A stretch of 64,000 nucleotides of DNA, taken from the NCBI GenBank assembly GCA_029721355.1, contig CM056607.1, positions 8,275,309 to 8,339,308 on the forward strand. Direction: 5' to 3'. Positions 52,111 through 64,000 of the stretch are shown piece by piece. The position numbers and the translations under genes were made by a program. The DNA comes from Tegillarca granosa. Lineage: Eukaryota. Within the stretch, counting starts at the first letter, position 1; each line of letters opens with the position of its first letter. The notes under the pieces are model-generated. The model had not been told where the DNA came from and did no database searches. It worked only from the letters and a program-made list of their open reading frames with translations.

Positions 52111-52669
52111 ATAGACTGACTGACTCTCAGGATAGGCATTGTTTAGATAATTTATTGCATAAACTGTGTACTAGACTAGATAAATAGATATGTTAACTTT
52201 AGCAGAAGGAAGGGTAATATTTCACTTATTTGTTTAAACAAGGTCACTGACATAATTTTACTTTATAAATTCAGGTACAGGTATGTCAAAATGCCATATT
52301 GTTTTAGGTATACATTTGTAAACACCAACATAAAATGTTAAAACTGTCAGATGACCAATGAATAAATTCTTGTCTGAAAGGCCATTGACTTACCGACTAT
52401 ATGTACCGTATACTATATCTTAGTTAAAGTAAATGTACTATATTTCTATCTTAGTTAATGTATTGATAAATAACAAAACAAACAAGCACATACCTGGTTG
52501 TTTGTTTAGGATAAATGGGTCAAATATTAGTGTTCTCTTACTTCAAAGTGTTTTTATGAATGACTTTAATCAACAAGGTGTATTTAGACATTGATCATAG
52601 TCTGCATAAACAAGTGTATCCTGTAAACATGTGGGTTAGGACTACAGAAATGCATGTACTAATAGTAGT

Positions 52670-53290
52670 ATATAGCAGTTGTTAATAAAAATCTTGTTAT
52701 GATTTTATTATTATTGGGGGAGGGGGGAAGTTTTCATCTGTTTTTATTATTAATTAATACGAGGGCAAAGAGAACTAAAGAAATAATTAATAGTGATTAA
52801 TTAAACTTTTGTTACAAATCTTGTTATGATTTCGTTATTATTGGGGGAGAGAGTTATCATCTGTTTCCATTATTAATTAAAGAGAACTAGAGCAATAATT
52901 AATACAGTTTAATTAAACTTTTGTCACAAACCTTGTTATGATTTCATTATTATCAAAAGGGGGATGGAGTGGAGAGAGGAAGTTATCATCTGTTTTTAAT
53001 AATTAATATGAGGGTAAAGAGAAGAAGAGAAATAATTAAGAGTTTAATTAAACATTGTTACAAATCATGTTATTATTTCATTATTATTGGGGGTGAGGGT
53101 TGGAGGGAGGGGAGTTGTCATCATTCTGTTTTAATTACAAATTAACATGAGGGTAAAGAGGACTAGAGCAATAAATTATAGTATTCAATTAAACTTTTGT
53201 TAAAAAAAACTTGCTACCAGTCTATTATCTTCATTATTTTGGGAAGGAGAAGGGAGGGGAGTTTATCATCTATTATTGTAATTAATCAAA
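52670..53290. repeat. About 125-bp tandem repeat x 5 with G-rich (gggggagggg) and AT-rich (attaattaa) blocks
   Basis: atcatctgtttt recurs at about 52736, 52858, 52988 and 53120. Confidence 0.8.
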
Positions 53291-56200
53291 ATCATTTCAC
53301 AAAGATATTAATGCAGAACAACAAATAAGAAAATAAAATTTCATAGCAAACAACATTTTGTAAATAGTGATAATATATGCTTTTTTATATCAACTGGATG
53401 TTATGTTCAAATCATGACCTTTTAAAATTTTTACAGTTTCACAGAGTATTAACCTATGTTAACTGCACATTAACATGATCAACCTTCCTTGGACTCAATA
53501 TCCGTTATATCATACTGTAACTATATTTGTTTATTACATAACACTGATTAATGATGATGGTGATAAAAATACTCAGCATGACTGTTCATTGATAATATTT
53601 ACACCAGTATGTAATAAAGAGACATTTTGCATCATTGCTGTACTGTTCAGAACTTCCCATTATACAAAATGACCCAAAGCAACTTACAAAATTGCATCAT
53701 TAAATATGTTTTAATTTTAGGCATTTAAAGTTTTTAAAAAAGTTCTTTTAAACTGGCCTGCTATTAATAATGTTTAATTTAAACAAATGTATCAGTATTT
53801 TTTTACTAACTTACTGCAGATGATATTTCATGAAACACTAAATTTTCAAATTAATCCAAAATGGATACATAAAAGTATATAGTAGAAAGATTAAATCAAC
53901 ATCTAATTAATACTCTTTCAAATTTATGTTTCAGAGAATCTAATATGCATAAAGTTAAAAGCTTTAAAAATTTTAATGTTCAAGTTCATTCTTTAAGTAA
54001 TTTTGAAAAAGATAAATGGTGGATTATTTCAATGATTTAAAACAAAACTTATAATAACAAACTTTTTAAAGAATAAAATTAACCAAGAGAATAGAATATT
54101 GGGTATGGAAAGTGAACTGTATTATGGGTAATTATAAGAATAGACTCTGGGAAATCATAATGTATATATGGGTAATTCTGAACAAAGCATTATGAGAAAG
54201 ACAAAAAGAGAAAAAAACAAAAAGAAAAACATGAATGTTTAACTGAACTAGGGTACAAACCTGTAACTATATACATACAAATTCTGGGCGGAAATGAGGT
54301 ATTCGAACGTGAGCTGGTCTCTAGAAAGATTAAAATACTGTTAACTTTCTATCTCCCAGCTTCACCCCTCGTAACTATGACCCTCGGTCCTTGTTGTCAA
54401 TCGCTGCAGCTAGACACTTTGTCATTTCATAATGTTCTGCAGAACAAACAATCAAGCAATCCAGTAACCTTGACCTTTAGGTCAAACAAGGCAATTTAAG
54501 GGACAACAAATATGCATGCCAGAAAAGGGATTTAATGAATAATCTAATAATAATAATAATAAAAACAATGAGTTTTTTCTGGTTTTTTAACCAGTAGGCT
54601 GACGAATTCTATAAGCAGCTTTCCTTTAACACTTAAAAAAAATTGTGTTATGATAAAGAAATTTCATTATATAATTCTGATATCCGAGCTCAAGTTCTAT
54701 TTTGTTTTATTAAAACCATATACCTGGTCAGGTACAAATAAAGGTAATTTGTCTTGATAGTGAGTTCAGTTATCTCCCATTATTATTTGATTTCAGTGAA
54801 GAATGGTGTTCATCTAACAAATGCAAGCACTTGTCATGTTTTTATTTGTTATTAACCATATAATTATAAGTTGGAAAACTGCTGTTAAAATAGTCAGCTA
54901 CTGTGCATGACAATCTGATGTTTTTAAAAAAAATCTTATAAAAATAACACAATTCTCAATATATTTTACAATATTCTTATTTATTATTCAAAAAAAATTC
55001 ATAATGACACTGTGCAATTCTTAAAAATACGCATTTTTTGAAAGTTATTTTTATTTTTACTGTATCATTCTGAACTTGGCTTACTACACTAGATATCACC
55101 CTCTCTTCTCTCATTCTAATATTCGATGTATATTTATATGAAAAAAGATACTATTTTTCTGAAAATTAACTCCAGCACTACTTTTGGATGCAATGTCACT
55201 GTTTATAATGTGATTTATGTGATTTTAAGTAAAACTTGTTAAAATGAGAGAACCTTAACCAAGTCCAGTGTCTTCAGATATACTGAATTAAAATGATCAA
55301 GTGGGACCTTACACAGTGACCTCTCATGACCAAATATGTCATAATTTCTTTCATAATATTAACCAAATCCAAAAAAATGAAACCAATATGAAACAGCATT
55401 AATAATACAGAAATCTACTGATAGTCAATATAAAACCTCAAATTATTAGTGACAGATAATCAGGTTAAAAAGCTAGAATATATGGTTGTTGACCTTAAGT
55501 GTGACAATTACCTGGGGGTGGGGGGCAATACATTAGTAATGTATAACATACTTAGTGATTTTTTTACTGAAATGATTTTAATACCGGTAGTTAAAAACGA
55601 TAATCTTTATTCAGAAATGTCTATAAAAAATATCAAAATTACCGGTACACCTTATTGCATACCTGCTTTAAAAATTACATGAATTCAAGTAGATTAATTT
55701 AATATTAATTAAATACTGGTGACCCTATAACCTAGTTCTTAATACTCCTTAGGTAACTGATTGAAATGGTATCAATTAAGAAATGGCATAGTGTAAAACA
55801 TGGAACATGATTTTGTTTTTTATATATTCCACTACAATAAAACTAGTGTAAACCAAAAAACCATATCACAACCGAAACCTAAGTTTACCGAAACCAGTCT
55901 ACACTGAACTATCCTACAGATTCAAACTAAATTATTCAGTCTAAATGGAAACACCATTATTATTATTTGTTTTATCAACCTAAGTAACCTAAATGCCTGT
56001 CATGTCTAACAATGACATGGTTTTTTTTAGGATTAATTTTGTGTTTACCAAAGTAAAATAATATTAGAAGATTGAGTCATCTGTGTTTATGTAACTGGTT
56101 AATCTATGCTATGTCCATGTGTTGTGTCTGTAAATTGTGCCAGATAAAATCCAGACTAAGAACTATGGAAAAGTGTACTATTGATAAGTAGATAAGGTCA

Positions 56201-56696
56201 CACAGACTTTCCTGAACACTTAATTAAATAAATAGTGGCTAAAATAACATTTTAAATTTGTAAACAGCAAGGATACTTCTGTGGCAACTTAAATTATTTA
56301 CTTCAAAACCAATGACAAGTCTGGTTACAGCAGCCATTTTATTTTAAAATCAATTCTGAGAGGAGAACCTGAGTGACCTTGGTTTTCAAAAAAGAAAAAA
56401 AAAACAACGTTTCCTACTGATTTAGATTTTTAGAGGGCAACTAACAGAAAAAAGGTTGGCTTGTGAAATATTCTTGTATATATAAATCATAACATTTTAA
56501 GTGACATTGACCTACTTTATCAAGCTGTTTTAAATGAAATTTGAAACCAGATTGAATCATTCATAGTTTGGCAATATTCCAAATATGAAAATACATTTTA
56601 ATGTATGGACAACAACAAGATGTGACACTAGGAGAAAAAATAATTATAATAATACAAAAGACTGGATGATTTATAAACACATGTCAACTCAAAATG

Positions 56697-56698
<2 letters not shown>

Positions 56699-56736
<38 letters not shown>
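56699..56736. repeat. (TG)n microsatellite
   Basis: Direct reading. Confidence 0.95.
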
Positions 56737-56738
<2 letters not shown>

Positions 56739-56756
56739 ATTTTCTTCAATCCCTCT

Positions 56757-57595
56757 ATCAACTGTGGAGTAGAGGTAAGTTGTTTCACACCCCAGTCAAG
56801 ATCTTATTACTTATACAGAGGCAGTAAGTGGTGGAGGAAACAACATTACCCTGAAAAAACCAACAACTTTTGGCAAGCAACCCTACCTTAGACAGATTTA
56901 AACCTAGGTGGTAAATGTCCCGCTTGACCATCAAGATCTCTATCAACTTTTGGCAAGCAACCCTACCTTAGACAGATTTAAACCTAGGTGGTAAATGTCC
57001 CGCTTGACCATCAAGATCTCTATCAACTTTTGGCAAGCAACCCTACCTTAGACAGATTTAAACCTAGGTGGTAAATGTCCTGCTTGACCATCAAGATCTC
57101 TATCAACTTTAGGCAAGCAACCCTACCTTAGACAGATTTAAACCTAGGTGGTAAATGTCCAACTTGACCATCAAGATCTCTATCAACTTTTGGCAAGCAA
57201 CCCTACCTTTGACAGATTCAAGCCTAGGTGGTAAATGTCCCGCTTGACCATCAAGATCTCTAACAACTTTTGGCAAGCAACCCTACCTTAGACAGATTTA
57301 AACCTAGGTGGTAAATGTCCCGCTTGACCATCAAGATCTCTATCAACTTTTGGCAAGCAACCCTACCTTAGACAGATTCGAACCTAGGTGGTAAATGTCC
57401 CACTTGACCATCAAGATCTCTTTCAACTTTTGGCAAGCAACCCTACCTTAGACAGATTTAAACCTAGGTGGTAAATGTCCAACTTGACCATCAAGATCTC
57501 TATCAACTTTTGGCAAGCAACCCTACCTTAGACAGATTCAAACCTAGGTGGTTAATGTCCCGCTTGACCATCAAGATCTCTATCAACTGTAAAAG
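56757..57595 (-). mobile_element. SINE-related sequence whose tRNA-like segment has been amplified into an 80-bp tandem array x ~9 (56857-57590)
   Basis: ccctacctta recurs at 56881, 56961 and onward with period 80. The unit contains ggttcgaatctgtc-like (T-arm-like) sequence on the minus strand. It is preceded by the SINE body cccagtcaagatcttattacttata. Confidence 0.6.
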
Positions 57596-58670
57596 TTACT
57601 TGGGTTTTCTCGAAAATCCTAGAATTGACAGTCGCAATATAACTTAAAAAGTTTTGATTGGAATTAAAATGATTATTATACTCTTCTCAGACTGACTCAT
57701 TTCAAACCAAGATTCATAAGATACCAGTTTTCTTTAAAATCAATGTAAACTGGCAAATGGGTAATTAAGGTATTTTATTTCCCAATGTGTTAAGTTAAAG
57801 AGTTACTTTTACCAGCATTAATAAAATGAAGTGAATTTTAGTTCATAATTTGTGGACTATTTGTTCACAATAAAACACACACTTTCATCCCTAAACTGGT
57901 GAGGCAAAACTTAATAAGTCCATCACTTTAATTTTGTGCAAATCAACTATTTTCAAATTTTTATTTTTTTGTTTCCAGAATATATTATTGATAAAACTTT
58001 AAAATATATATATGGACTTATTTGTAATGTTTTAAAATTGAACATTCAAACTAAATTCTAAAACTAAAACACACAAACAACTTTGATGTCTAAATCGAAC
58101 ACTCATCCATCTCAATTTATCAAAGTGTCGCTTAATGTTGGTCTATGATATTATAAAAGAAAAAAAATAAAGTGATGGATCATGAATAACTTTTGACCCC
58201 TCCAGCTGCGATCATACATATATCCTCTCTCTCTTACTTGAGTTCAGGGGTTGGAAGATTGAAGCTATCATAAAACACGAATACTTATGATTTTTATATG
58301 GGCATAAATATCCATATTAATATATAGAGAGCTTCAAGTTACCATTGCCAAGATTAGACCTTAATCAGAGAAACACAAGTCATTGATATTACCTAAGGGA
58401 GTTAATTTGTTCCTTGCAAAAAGAGGATAGTTCAAATCATCTCCCCTTGTTAAAAAAATCCCATTAATTCAGATGACATAAGATTAATGATTTAAAACAA
58501 TGATGATGTGATTTGAAGGAAGAAAATAATATACAAACCCAGTATAACTTACAAATATACTGATAAATATGATATTATACAAAAAATTGTTAAAAAATTA
58601 TCTCAAAAAATAATCAGACGGTCAGCATTATTAATATTTAAAAATAAAAAAAATCCAAATGAAGACTTAC

Positions 58671-58781
58671 CCAACAGCTATGGAGTGGCCATTATGTGAC
58701 ACAGAGCAACAAAGTGCATTTGAATATTCTGCAATTTGTTCTGGATTACTTGTGTTCTCGAGATTCCAATAACGCACATAC
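58671..58781 (-). CDS. WSB1: WSB1 homolog WD-repeat exon, (G)YVRYWNLENTSNPEQIAEYSNALCCSVSHNGHSIAV(G)
   Basis: Anchored to ORF 58667..58894. Acceptor ataag and donor GTAAGT. Matches human MVRFWRIDEDYPVQVAPLSNGLCCAFSTDGSVLAAG. Confidence 0.85.
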
Positions 58782-59545
58782 CTTATAAATACAAGAAAAT
58801 TTTGATTGCATCTATGTATAATTTTAAATGCAGGCTGAAGAGGGTTTTTGTCAGAGTACCTGAGATTTTGTAAACATTGAAAGAAGGGTGGCATCAGTCA
58901 TCATCAGAGGGGTGGCATCAGTGAGACTGTAAAATATGTCCAATTTTCAAATCATCTTCAGATCAACCTAATATTAAACATATTGTGACATCACATTATG
59001 GCAAAACGTGTATCATGTCTTTAACTCTAGGTATGGCATAGAAATCTTATATGGCTAAATAGTAGTAGAAAAGCTCTTTTCACAAAAAGGCAAGAGTTTT
59101 CCATGCCAATCCTGTTAACTTTTTATATATATGAGATTTCTTTATCTCACCTTAGCATAGGATCTCTTTTTCACAACATTACATTACACAAATAAAATTG
59201 ATAATGTCATTGTTTTTCATGTGAGAAGGTCAAAACAAATTTATTTCATCATTTTAGGAAGATACAGATGCTGGCAGTAAAACTAAGCATCTGATGCTAA
59301 TATATGTTTACAAATTGTCTCTTGATGTTGTAAATGAGAGAGGAAAGGTATCATCTGACAGTAACAGTGCAAGACAGAGAAACTCAATGAATATTTCCAA
59401 TGTCCAGAAAGAGCTTTAGAACAGAAAATTAATCATTCCTGTCTCAAGATATATCAATCTTACACTGTCACTTGTATAGGATTCTTATATTCTGGGCTTT
59501 GTACAGGTGAGCTAAAAACAACCATGCATGATGATGTAGACTTAC

Positions 59546-59659
59546 CCATCATCAGAGATTGAAACTAAATGCATTCCATCAGATGAAAATGAGATTCCTC
59601 GAACATAATGATCATTAGCGCCTCCAGCAAATATTGGTCTTGGAGGGGGAAACAAATGT
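59546..59659 (-). CDS. WSB1: WSB1 homolog exon, (G)HLFPPPRPIFAGGANDHYVRGISFSSDGMHLVSISDD(G)
   Basis: Acceptor ttacag and donor GTAAGT. 114 nt, phase-consistent. Near-identical to human HLFPPPTPIFAGGANDRWVRSVSFSHDGLHVASLADD. Confidence 0.85.
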
Positions 59660-61402
59660 CTGTAAATAAAGAAGATTTAATTGAGATAAAGATTTGTAGA
59701 ATTTTATAAATGAAAATCTGCTACCGGTATATACAAATACCAAGGCAATTCATGTAATATATATTATGAAATATATATATAATACCCTAGCTTGTTAAGT
59801 TTGATACACAGAAAACTAGAAACAAATAAGATAAGAACTGTTAATTAACTTTTTATTCATGTAATTTAAGCTTTTCACAGATTTTGTGGCTTCAGGGCCA
59901 GTCTTTCAAACTGAAATTCAAGAGTTGTAGGTTCATACTTAAACTATTACTTGAGAAACATGCAGGCATGTCTCTGTGCATGCTATAACAATTCACAAGT
60001 AGAAATGACTGAACAGAGTGATCAAGCCATTTATCAATGTATCTCCATGATTTACACAGAGCCTTATATTATAGCCAAGGGCATCCAATCATTTAGCCAG
60101 TAAGGACAAGATGTATTTTTAGTCACTCATCATCATGTAAACTGTATAACAGAAACTATCTTAAAATCCTGTGTGAGGCAAGAAGAGTTCAATTTTTAAA
60201 TACTGAGACTGGGTTATTTTTTTCCACTGGTCACCCGTTCTTACTGCCTTAATTAAACCTGTAACAGCTACCTACAGGTGACTTAATAAAAATACTCACT
60301 ATACTGATCATACATGTAGTAAGACCACCATTTTTACAAATAAACTGAGGTATTGATCTTAACTATAAAGAGAATAAACCACATTTACATCATATATCCT
60401 CATATTTTTGTGAAGTCAGTCAATTACAATCTGCCCTGACATGCATAAAGTATAGCTAATCTAATAACCATAACTGAACAAAAGTGATTAATAAAATTAC
60501 ATGTACCGGTATGTGTACATTGATTATTTTTTCAAAGATTTATTCTTTTTTTATTATTCCATCTGAAGAATTTCTGGAAGAACAAAGGTGCCATTAAGAA
60601 TCTAAAAGACTAAAATTAGGTTAAGTCGAATCTCACTTTGAAATGGTTTTGTTACATAACTTGACTGGCAACATTTTTATGTTATTGGTATTCTCGTATT
60701 AGAAATTTCAACAACATATAGTGAAATGTTTTCTATTTCAATCAAAACTTTACGAAATGAAGACAGAACAGCAACACTAAAAGATTAAATAATCAATTAA
60801 ATCTCAGGTGAATCTCAACCCAAAAAAGCCCATAAAGCAACATTCTAGATCCATGATTATGTATACCAGGATATTTTTTATATACATGTAATAGTAATTA
60901 AAAGTGAGAGAATCAGAAGGACCCAATCCCTATCATTGATTTTGTCTTAGTATAGAAAAGAAATGTGAGGTGAAAAGGGCACTGAGCTTTACCTGTAATA
61001 AGAGTTGGATCTGATTCAACAATGATTTATAGTGGACCATGAGTCTAGGAAAAAAACTGTTGGTTTTCTGTATTTGTAAACTGCAATTTCATCAGTTTAA
61101 CCTACCAGTACTCAAACTAACTAGAGCCCGAGATCGACAGCAAGACATTGTCTTAAAAGTAGCTTGTCATAGATTTTGGACTCTAATTACTTAGAGTATA
61201 GTTTAACCATCTCATAAAAGTGTCTGCTGCAACTTGACATTTTAGTAGTATACATGTACATACTTACTGGTAGTTTTTTTTTAAATCAAAATAAATTATT
61301 TTTTCTATTAGTTTTCAAATTTTACCTCAGATTCTTAATTTCAAGCATTTTAAAGTCTAACATTAAATTTTATTAAATTCTGAAATATGCAAATCAACTT
61401 AC

Positions 61403-61575
61403 CCAAGCTCCAAAAGGCTATCACAGGTATATGGATCCCAGATGATAACTTTAGTATCATAAGAAGCTGTTGCAACTAAAGCACCATCTGGTGAGAATTC
61501 ACAACAAACAATGTCATGATAATGACCAGTTAGTTCTTTAATGTGATAATTTTTCTTCACGTTGCATATAGCAAT
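61403..61575 (-). CDS. WSB1: WSB1 homolog exon, IAICNVKKNYHIKELTGHYHDIVCCEFSPDGALVATASYDTKVIIWDPYTCDSLLEL(G)
   Basis: Anchored to ORF 61399..61599. Acceptor ttttccag and donor GTAAGT. Matches human GHHHDVVACDFSPDGALLATASYDTRVYIWDP. Confidence 0.85.
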
Positions 61576-62159
61576 CTGGAAAAAAAAGTTATTTTGCATA
61601 AGAAAATTGTTTAGTGCAAAACAATGTCAGCCATTACCCTCAATGCTGTTGATTTGCATGAGTCTAATTCTTGCTTTTATGACATGTACTTTCAATCATT
61701 CCTCTTACAAACTTACCAGGCCTTTGCAAAATTTGTCTCAGTCTGGTGGACTGGCTGTGATTTCCAAAATATTTAAAGAATTTTGTTTTTTTTTTTGGTC
61801 AAATCTAATAGTATTGTAAATTTTTTTAAATTAGTATTTTTTTTTTTAATTTTATTTTATTTTATTTATTTATTTATTTATTTTTTTTTTTTTTTGGGGG
61901 GGGGGGTTATTTTAGATTTTGATCTCCAGCTGGAAGCAAATGTGTTTACATTGGTTGACAATTTAAGGTTTTTTTTTTAGAAACTCAATACGACTGCTGA
62001 AAGTTGAGGTAAAATGTAAAACCTGTACTGATCATCAACATAAATGTATTTAGTCATAACCCTCACACCCCCTCCCCCACCCCCACCACCACCACCACCA
62101 CCCTATCTCTAAACTTAGGCCATTTTATCTTTCAGATACTAGACTTTATATGAACCTGT

Positions 62160-62400
62160 CAACTGGACTTAATTCACCTGCAGAGTGCGTTAATGGTGTT
62201 TTGTCGTGACTGACAAGATATTTCTCCTTTAACATGGCAGCCAGTTGGGATATATGAAGGAACCCTGGTAATCCTAGAAAACCTCTAAACTTCAATAAGC
62301 ATACTAACGAACTAGCTCACACAGGTACTACCTAGGTAGAATTTGAACCTAGACAGCAAGAGGCTAATTTTAATAGACTACCAACCTATTGGAAACCCAG
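62160..62400. mobile_element. SINE-like copy in a WSB1 intron
   Basis: gtagaatttgaacctagacagcaagaggctaa, and similarity to other SINE tails in the window. Confidence 0.4.
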
Positions 62401-62543
62401 AAAAATCTGATGGTCTTAAGGATTTGTTAAAACCTGATTGCAAGTATATAAAAATTGGGTACTATACGAATAAACACCATATTTCATATGATGTCAGATG
62501 CTTTGGAAGAATAAATATCATAAAGGTTCATAAATATACTAAC

Positions 62544-62774
62544 AGATTTGCTGTTTCCTGATAAAGCTAACAGTTCTGAATTTGGAGACCAGTTACAACT
62601 ATAATTCCATTTTCCTTTTGTACGTAAAGTTTTAAACATGTTTCCATCATCATTTAATCCCACAATTTAAATGTACCATCCCTTGAAGCTGAACATAAAA
62701 TTAAACTTCCATCTCTGGTAAAACTTAAAGAACGCACAATATCTTTGTGATCTAATAATTCCAGTATTATTTTC
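62544..62774 (-). CDS. WSB1: WSB1 homolog WD-repeat exon, GKIILELLDHKDIVRSLSFTRDGSLILCSASRDGTFKLWD[frameshift/TAA]NDDGNMFKTLRTKGKWNYSCNWSPNSELLALSGNSKS. As given, it contains an internal frame disruption.
   Basis: Acceptor ttttttcag and donor GTTAGT. Both halves match human GKLLLNLVDHTEVVRDLTFAPDGSLILVSASRDKTLRVWDLKDDGNMMKVLRGHQNWVYSCAFSPDSS. The two halves are in different frames, with TAA at 62654-62656. The missing ORF-track entry corroborates this. Boundary phase with the upstream exon is uncertain by 1-2 nt. Confidence 0.65.
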
Positions 62775-62809
62775 CTGAAAAAAAGAAGACAAAACATGTA
62801 TCAGTATGT

Positions 62810-63210
62810 GAAATATCAATGACAATGTCTGTGACAATGTCTTTCACAGACAGTGTTTTTGGTGACATTGTCTGTAAAAGACAGTGCCTTTTCATGACAA
62901 TGTTTGACATCAGTGACAGCGCCTTTTTGTGACAGTGTCAATCAGTTAGTGCCTTTTGGAGACAGTGTATTTGGTGACAATGTCTGTCAGTGATAGCGTT
63001 TCTTGGTGAATGTCTCTGGGTGACAGTGTCTTGGTGACAGTGTCCATTAGTTACAGTGCCTTTTGGAAACAGTGTATTTTGGTGACAATATCTGTCAGTG
63101 ACATTGTTTCTTGGTAAGAGTCTCTGTGTGTCAGTGTCGCTCGGTGACTGTCTATGGGTGACAGTGTCTAACTTTTACAGTGTCTTTTGGTGACAGTTCT
63201 ATCACTTTAC
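62810..63210. repeat. Degenerate short tandem repeats (ggtgacagtgtc / gacaatgtctgtcagtga units) in a WSB1 intron
   Basis: Direct reading. Confidence 0.7.
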
Positions 63211-63792
63211 AGGATGGTGTTTAATTATTCCCACAAATAAAACTGAAAAGTTTTGTCATCTGATCAGAATGAATTTGTGATCATCTTTGAAACTGTGTGA
63301 AATGGTGTCACAGAACCATTCATTTTATGACAGACCTGGCAGTTCTCTGACATCAAATTGGAAAGGAGAATTTTAATATTTGAATATAAAATGACGGATT
63401 TTAGATGAGATTAACATGTCCTACTGATAACAATAGTCTAACTACATGTGTCAAACTTAGATGCAAAAGTTATCTAAAAGAAATTTATGTTTGGCTTTTT
63501 TTTTACCTGAACTTGTGATTAGGAAGGCAGATTCAATAGTTTTTATCATCCAGCAAATACTGGTCTTGATATGAAAAACAACTTTATTGAATATTGCTAT
63601 CAGTTATATTTTGGATAGAGACCAAACTAAAAATTCTTCATTTTGAGGTTTTTTTTATGTTGGTGATATATCACCATCACCATGAATGAATTACTACGAT
63701 GAGCCTTTCACTAAGAATTATCTACTTCTACTGCTGTAATAGCTACAGAACAGAAACTTCTACAGTAACCATAGCAACAAACAAAAACACAC

Positions 63793-64000
63793 CTGTAAGA
63801 CAATTCCATAACTTTATCTTTCCACTCTGTAATCCAGTCGCAACAATTAGATCTTTGTCAAATCGTAATCTTCGTCGCTGACGCATTGTTGAGAGATTTT
63901 CCTCATAAGATGTTCCAGATCCAAAAGTGATTGACCACACATAGTCACCACAATCGATTACATGTAGTGGAAGATCTTCATACTTTTTATATAAAGTTTC
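63793..64000 (-). CDS. WSB1: WSB1 homolog exon (partial, continues beyond window end), ...ETLYKKYEDLPLHVIDCGDYVWSITFGSGTSYEENLSTMRQRRRLRFDKDLIVATGLQSGKIKLWNCLT(G)
   Basis: Anchored to ORF 63743..63940. Donor GTGTGT. Matches human IIDCGDIVWSLAFGS...RFRFGQDQLLLATGLNNGRIKIWDVYTG. Confidence 0.8.

Noticed and set aside
50315-52187. Five long plus-strand ORFs (up to 193 aa) with repetitive MITNILLTLQFVDQY peptides
   Set aside because: They are artefacts of the 45-bp (15-codon) minisatellite period inside a WSB1 intron. There is no splice or start context and the peptide is low-complexity.

Overview
This window is eukaryotic (metazoan) nuclear DNA, not prokaryotic. It is AT-rich, has GT-AG introns, many microsatellites, tRNA-derived SINE copies, MITEs and intronic satellite arrays, and no operon-like organisation. 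The repeat content, especially MITEs with internal ~144-bp satellites reminiscent of oyster pearl elements, is consistent with a bivalve-mollusc-like genome (inference). Three spliced protein-coding genes can be reconstructed by eye. (1) A CD2BP2 (GYF-domain, CD2 cytoplasmic-tail-binding protein 2) homolog lies on the minus strand with its first three coding exons at 5298-5148, 1128-1010 and 526-1; it is truncated at the window start. (2) A SANT + BTB/POZ domain gene with SANBR/KIAA1841-like architecture lies on the plus strand. It has 16 coding exons, from ATG 10380 to TGA 30278-30280, all mutually phase-consistent and many anchored to the supplied ORF track. (3) A WSB1 (WD-repeat and SOCS-box protein 1) homolog lies on the minus strand with its last six coding exons at 63793-64000+, 62544-62774, 61403-61575, 59546-59659, 58671-58781 and 49158-49326 (SOCS box and stop). 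CD2BP2 and the SANT-BTB gene are head-to-head about 5 kb apart. The SANT-BTB gene and WSB1 are tail-to-tail, separated by about 19 kb of repeat-rich DNA. I see no CRISPR array, toxin-antitoxin pair, restriction system or other defence island, and I do not claim a novel prokaryotic-style system. The most unusual observations are listed in order. (a) Two separate exon/5' splice-site junctions of the SANT-BTB gene have been tandemly amplified into their downstream introns: a 64-bp unit x ~29 and a ~65-190-bp unit x ~9, each copy carrying a GTAAGT-type donor. (b) Two oppositely oriented copies of one MITE family share GCTCACCTGA-type termini and carry different internal ~143-144-bp satellite arrays. 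(c) An apparent 1-nt homopolymer deletion gives an in-frame TAA inside a conserved WSB1 WD-repeat exon. (d) A 45-bp (15-codon) minisatellite generates long fake ORFs. (e) There are several near-perfect long hairpins. Coordinates not anchored to the ORF track may be off by 1-2 nt.
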